A stretch of DNA of 64,000 nt from assembly GCF_021869535.1 (NCBI RefSeq), contig NW_026262734.1, positions 41,726,001 through 41,790,000 of the forward strand, written 5' to 3'. The DNA is from Mytilus californianus (taxonomy: Eukaryota). The position numbers were made by a program, and so were the translations under genes. Each line of letters starts with the position of its first letter. Position 1 is the stretch's first letter. The notes under the pieces are model-generated. The model was not told the origin of the DNA and made no database searches. It saw only the letters and a program-made list of their open reading frames with translations. Below, piece by piece: positions 59,201-64,000 of the stretch.

Positions 59201-61439
59201 TGACAGAGGAACACCTTAAAAATATAAAAACCTCAAAACAAAGCATGAAACTTGTACTTCTGTTTAATGGTACATACATATATAAATTCTGTATAAAGTC
59301 AGTAGCAAAGCTTTTACATATCACAAAACATTTTGTTTGTAACATTTTTAAAAGTGAAATCAAACATTTTAATGATAGCCGTAAAGTACTTAATCCTGAT
59401 AAAACAAACTTGAGCTTCTCATAAAAGTAGGATTAATTGATAAGAGGAAGGAAGTGTTTATTGGTTTATGGGGACTATCAAGGAATTTGTTGTGGTCTCA
59501 CCCATAATGTCTACCTGAACAGGTAACAGTCTTCGAAGGTTTACCTGGAAATCAGACAGATAGCTGGCTTCAGGTAAGCCTTTACATATATGTAATATTT
59601 TTTTCTGTCAGTATTATTTTATTTCCATATTTACCAATAAATTAAAACATTAAATCAAAAGAATATGTTATGTATGTAAAGATCTAGATTTTACAGACTA
59701 AAAGATTTTTTTTATACTAATAGACTTTCTTATATCCTTGATAAACATGATAAACTGTTAAGATTTGAATGACAAAAATAAGTTACTTGTTCAACAGGAT
59801 CAATGTATACTGTTTTTTAAAATGACAAGCCATTTAACACAATACTAGCAACAACAAAATGCTTATGATTGAATTCCTGTTTTGCTATCCATATTTAACA
59901 ACCCCCACTGAAAAGAATTATTCATTGTATAGTATAGTACATTGCATGTTTCAAATTATAAATGGTGACATCTTTCAATTATGGATTATATTATAAAAAT
60001 CACATTTTTTCATTGAAGTCTATGATAGAACTTAAGATTTGTTTATGTTTAAATTTTATAAAAAGCAAAAAGATTAAGTTGTCTAAAAAAATATAAGATA
60101 AAATGATAAAAATCAACATGATCAAGATCATTTGGGAATACAGAAAAAATTCAAGTGTTATTTTGTAATATGCTCAGTGAATGTGATTTGTATACATGGT
60201 ATATATGTTTATACTTTAGCATGATTATTTAAACCTAGGGATCGGCTGTGATTTAACATTTATTTAGAATGCATCTGATTAATTGCTGTTCAGGTCAGAT
60301 GTCAGTATTTTACATGTTTAAATAGTAAGTGTATATAACTCTGCTTCCTGGTTATGTTTTTGCATAAGCCCTTCAATTTTATACTTCAAACGAGAATTTA
60401 AAGAAATATACAAATGTTTAATAGATCTAGGATATGTACAGCCTTAGTTTAAAATTCATGATTGTAAATCTTTTTAATGAGGTCATTTCTAAGAGAACAA
60501 ACAGAAATCAGCATCTGCTGCATTGATAGCGCTGTAAATATCCACATGTAACATATATATATTGCAGTATTGGACTTTTGGACATACATACACATACAAA
60601 TGTCATGTATGTAGTCTGCAACAAAAAGTAAGATGTACTTTTTACTGTTAAATTATTTTGTGAATTTATGAAATGAATTTATATTATAAGAAGAATTTTA
60701 TTCTATTATTTATGACTAGACATGATCATAAAGAGGAACTTTAATTGAGTACAAAAATGTATTTAAAACAGTTGACTTGAATATGACTAAAAGTTATCTA
60801 AGGAAAGAAAGAAAAAAAAATTAATATGCTTTGAATTTTCACTAAATCTAAACCAATGGGAACTATATTAGTTCATTCATACCAAGTGTTAATTACCATA
60901 TTAGTTAGGTATTGAAATTGTAACTTATGATATGATTGGTGTGTCCCAATTGTTGACCATGTTAGACAGGGTTACCAGAATAATGTGTGCAGCTGTAACA
61001 TTTTTTTTATAAAATCAAAGTGCTATTACATGTACAAATGTAGAACTAAACTCTTGAAGATCACTAACATCTCCTGTTTTAAAAATGTTAGAAACTCAAT
61101 TATGTTAACTTTATGGGAACTCTTTTAAATTAAGGTTTATGGGAAAGCTTGCAATGCATCAGCTTATTGTGATATAATCATCATCTGAAATGTTTTTGTA
61201 TCTGATAAACATGTTCATGTAGTCTACTCATTTTCAAGTATTAAGACTCTGTTGGTCATTGTAGGTCTTTACTGTACATGATGCATTTGATTAATGCAAA
61301 CTGAAATGTTTTCATTTCATTTGTACATGTAGCCATGGTATAAGTGGCTGGCTAAAAAAAATTATACCTATAAAACAATTTAAGTGTTTTTTTTAAGACT
61401 TTCAGACCATAAGTTGATTTTTAAAAAAGGCTTTAATAG

Positions 61440-61778
61440 TCTTAAGAAATCTGCAGATGGGGGGGGGGGGTTAAATTTTCCTCAAGATTTAAGAAATTGT
61501 CAATTTTCCAAAGAAAAATTCCAAAGTATTGCGCAACAGCACAGTGTATTGCACAACAGCAAGAAATCTTCAATTGAATATAAATTCAAATCATATAACC
61601 AATTTCAAGTTCTTTGACTACATTTATTCTGTGTCAGAAACCTGTAATGTGTCAAATATTTAATTACAATCCAAATTCAGACCTATATCAAGCTTGAATA
61701 TTGTGTCCATTTTTGCCCCAACTGTTCAGGGTTGGACCTCTGCGGTCGTTTCCAACTGCGCTCGGCGAAGCAGTTTAT
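61440..61778 (-). mobile_element. 5' fragment of a family A HINE-like element
   Basis: Reverse complement of the 32248 head, including two of the 35-bp units. Confidence 0.65.
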
Positions 61779-61788
61779 TATGTCTTAA

Positions 61789-62480
61789 AGGGCCATTAGC
61801 TATGAGATACATGTATAAAAAAAATTAAAATATGATTTTTTTGGTTCAATCATTAATGGAAGTGAAATAGTGAAATAATAATTCGCTTTTATTAGCCATT
61901 TGGTTCAATTTTGTCAAAATAAGCTAAGAATCATTGCTGATGAATTATTCACTTGCAAGTGAATAATTCAGTCTCATTGAATCCGTATTCATGTGACCTT
62001 CAATTAAACCCCTTAGCTAGAGATGAGTTACGCATGTATTCAGCTATTAAAAGGAAAAGAATGTCAACCTTGAAAGTGAAACAAGGATGGATGAACCATA
62101 TGGTTGACTGATTCGATTCACAAAAAAATCATTCTTATATGTAGGTAAAAATGATGATAAACATACTTTTTAACCTACAATATGAAATCAAACAGACCTA
62201 GAAAAATTCAATTGCATGTGGTAGCTATCTATTTATATTTATGTTTATATCAGCTTATATGACCATCCGCAGTCGCAGTCGGAGGTCATCTAGATAATTA
62301 ATTAGATGGCGTCTAGACAAAAATACACACATGTTATACATATTATCTAGTCCATGCATTGTTAATGGTTTATTTTAGACTTTTTGTAATTTGAATACAT
62401 ATACGTTTTAGTATGTATAAATCAAATATGAGAATTTGAGTCATTAATCGATGAACATGATTTTGACAGCTAATGCAACT
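61789..62480. mobile_element. TTAA-flanked MITE with AG termini (Kolobok-like; Crypton-type not excluded)
   Basis: TTAA|AGGGCCATTAGCT ... AGCTAATGCAACT|TTAA; imperfect TIR. Confidence 0.62.
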
Positions 62481-62890
62481 TTAATTGTTGAAGCCAAGTA
62501 TTTAAAAAGATGAAAAAAAAATACTCTTGATGTCTCTGATGTGTTTAAACATCCCTTAACCATGTTAACACTTATAATCTTCTAAATTTTAAAAAATAAA
62601 GCAGGAAGTACATAAAAGTTTGATTTAAAGTCTTACATTGGTGAGACCTGAGAAAAACAAAATGTACTCTTTATTAAGTCTGCAAAATAAAGTTTGGAGA
62701 CTTATTGGTTCTTCTTCTTCTTCTTTTTCTAAATTTTGAACTTGTCTGCACCTGTTCTCCAAATCAGATTAACTTAGGGTTCTACAATATATGTTAGACT
62801 AACATGTCTAGTGGTGCAATGGGGTTTATAAAGGGGTACTTTGAGGGGCAAAAAGGAAGGAGGGGTTTTCTATAGAACCTTATCGGATTT

Positions 62891-63310
62891 TAATTTTTAT
62901 ACGCCCGTTTATGGGACGTATTATGGTATACCGTTGTCCATCCATCCGTCCGTCGTCATCATGTTGGACAATAACTCAAAAAAGTTTAACCAATTTGCTT
63001 GAAACTTTGGTTAATTGTTCATATATATTGACGTGAGCTCCCTTTCAATTTTTATAAATTTTGGATTTTACATTTCCTAGTTATGGGGTTTTATTCATTA
63101 AAAAAGGGGGATTTTCCAGTTTTCGACCAATAACTCAAAAGTTCTTTAAGCAGTTTTCATGAAACTTTGGTGACTGGTTTATATCTATTAAAATAACCCT
63201 CCCTTTAGTTTTTTTTATAAATTTCTGATATGACATTGAGGAGTTATGGAACTTTATTCTTTGAAAAAGCGACTGGCGTATCATGCGCTCATGGCGCAGT
63301 TCTTTATTTT
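62891..63310 (-). mobile_element. Family F HINE-like element (opposite orientation to 9716-10056)
   Basis: ATACGCCCGTTTATGGGAC hairpin end, CCAT/CCGT microsatellite, GGCGTAT subterminal repeat. Confidence 0.7.
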
Positions 63311-63409
63311 ATTTTCAAATGATTATAACTTGAAAACAGTTAGTGATAGACACAATCGTTTTTTTTTATAATTGAAATGTTTTACATAATAAAGCACATC
63401 TAATGAAAT

Positions 63410-64000
63410 AAAGGGTTAGTTCCCAGGGGTCACCCCACCCCCTGCCATTTGAGAAAGTTCTAATATCTTGTAAGTGGTCAAGATCCCCACCCATATATAC
63501 CATATATATTCTGGTTTGTCATGATAAAGCACATCAAATGAAGTTACGGGTTAGTCCCCAGGAGTCACCCCACCTCCTGCCATTTGAGAAAGTTCTAATA
63601 TCTTGTAAGTGGTCAAGATCCCCACCCATATATACCATATATATTCTGGTTTGTCATGATAAAGCACATCAAATGAAGTTATAGGTTAGTCCCCAGGAGT
63701 CACCCCACCCCCTGCCATTTGAGAAAGTTCTAATATCTTGTAAGTGGTCAAGATCCCCACCCATATATACCATATATATTCTGGTTTGTCATGATAAAGC
63801 ACATCAAATGAAGTTACGGGTTAGTCCCCAGGAGTCACCCCACCCCCTGCCATTTGAGAAAGTTCTAATATCTTGTAAGTGGTCAAGATCCCCACCCATA
63901 TATACCATATATATTCTGGTTTGTCATGATAAAGCACATCAAATGAAGTTACGGGTTAGTCCCCAGGAGTCACCCCACCCCCTGCCATTTGAGAAAGTTC
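63410..64000. repeat. 135-bp tandem repeat, at least 4.4 near-identical units, runs off the window end
   Basis: GAGAAAGTTC recurs at 63451, 63586, 63721, 63856 and 63991. Confidence 0.93.

Noticed and set aside
1-64000. rRNA, tRNA or other structured RNA genes
   Set aside because: I saw no recognisable rRNA or cloverleaf. B-box-like motifs occur only inside dispersed repeats.

Overview
AT-rich animal genomic DNA with spliced genes and dense repeats. The repeat families look like those of a bivalve, probably a Mytilus-type mussel (inference). Three host genes can be built by hand from GT-AG junctions with consistent phases. (1) TPCN1, two-pore channel 1, minus strand, 14 coding exons from 24657 down to 486, continuing past the window start. 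(2) DRC10/IQCD, plus strand, 4 coding exons, 26014-30455, about 501 aa, head-to-head with TPCN1 across about 1.36 kb ATG-to-ATG. As I recall, the human genes have the same arrangement. (3) A two-exon, Cys-type SELENOO/YdiU AMPylase, 40665-44868, about 571 aa, with a signal-peptide-like N-terminus. The rest is mobile DNA: a 5'-truncated DIRS/Ngaro-type tyrosine-recombinase retroelement with split direct repeats inside a 29-bp satellite, many Helentron-associated (HINE/pearl-like) modular elements, MITEs with 5-bp, 7-bp, TTAA and TA target duplications, three LINE remnants and a decayed Gypsy pol. The most unusual observations are a 69-bp intronic minisatellite derived from the TPCN1 S4 exon end and its splice donor, a second duplicated donor after the first TPCN1 coding exon, and an array of about 23 small hairpin/TGACGT units in the retroelement terminal repeat. 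All coordinates were read by eye; repeat boundaries are approximate.
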